From Verrucomicrobiaceae bacterium (lineage in GTDB: Bacteria; Verrucomicrobiota; Verrucomicrobiia; Verrucomicrobiales; Verrucomicrobiaceae), in contig JADJPW010000004.1 in the NCBI GenBank assembly GCA_016713035.1, positions 467,578 to 531,577 of the forward strand: DNA of 64,000 nt, written 5' to 3'. Below are positions 63,539-64,000 of this stretch, piece after piece. Below the pieces are notes generated by a model. It made no database searches. It saw only the letters and a list, made by a program, of their open reading frames with translations, and was not told the origin of the DNA. The stretch's first letter is position 1; each line of letters starts with the position of its first letter. Both the position numbers and the translations under genes were made by a program.

Positions 63539-64000
63539 TCATACTTCGCCCCCCTTGGACACCTGGATCAGCGTCATGCGCACCTTCGTGGGAAAGAACT
63601 TCTCGGGATCAGGGCGCTTGTGGACGTGGAGATTTTTGTCGTCTTTGAGGACGAGATGCATCTCCTTGATGCCCTGGCTCCAGATGATGTCGTTGTTCTG
63701 CCAGAACTTCGTCATATCGAGATCCTTTTCGATCACGCCCGTCTTGGAATACGCCCCCGTGCCGATGCAGCCGTAGCCGTGGTTTTGGCCTTTGTAAGGG
63801 ATGTAGCACACGCTCCACGACGTGGGCTGATCCCCCGCCGGTTTTTCGAGCACCTCCAGCCGCAGATGCGCCGTGCCGTTGCGGTAATCCACCGGTGTCG
63901 TCCAGTCCTTCGGACGCTGCGGATTGAGTCGGTCGTCTTTGAGGTAGTAGTGCGACTGACTGGGCTTCGAATTAAGCGCATCTTCCTGCGTGAAGGTGAA
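63539..64000 (-). CDS. Hypothetical protein, 5' end outside the window
   Basis: Open frame to the window edge with host-like codon bias. Confidence 0.6.
   Translation of the reverse strand, partial: FTFTQEDALNSKPSQSHYYLKDDRLNPQRPKDWTTPVDYRNGTAHLRLEVLEKPAGDQPTSWSVCYIPYKGQNHGYGCIGTGAYSKTGVIEKDLDMTKFWQNNDIIWSQGIKEMHLVLKDDKNLHVHKRPDPEKFFPTKVRMTLIQVSKGGEV

Overview
GC-rich bacterial chromosomal segment, most likely Verrucomicrobiota of the Prosthecobacter type. This is inferred from DUF1549/DUF1553, DUF1501, DUF1592/DUF1588 and DUF1552 genes, prepilin-type N-methylation proteins and the alaS sequence. The left half is mostly housekeeping and envelope genes (kup, ModBC-like ABC pair, alaS, infA, mtnA, U32/RlhA-like, comEC, GT1). 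The right half (about 28.6-64 kb) is accessory: a REP-doublet-flanked low-GC gene, an AlbA_2/Schlafen-type gene, a short-chain acyl-CoA cluster, many secreted hydrolases and an OmpR-family two-component system. More than 20 frameshifts occur, mostly single-base changes in homopolymer runs, so many broken genes are probably long-read errors rather than pseudogenes. Most notable: (1) a candidate regulon. A conserved 20-bp non-coding box sits 51-55 bp upstream of three scattered secreted-protein genes (metallophosphoesterase, sulfatase, YHYH fusion) and also upstream of the response regulator, and those three proteins share Gly/Lys-rich linkers. (2) A roughly 890-aa YHYH/EF-hand/PEBP/unknown-domain fusion. 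(3) Two near-identical 60-bp GTAG REP doublets bracketing a promoterless DUF695 gene and supplying three stop codons. (4) An IF-1 with a roughly 120-aa repeat-containing disordered N-terminal extension. No rRNA, tRNA, CRISPR array, transposase or integrase was recognised. All family assignments come from motif recognition by eye, not database searches.
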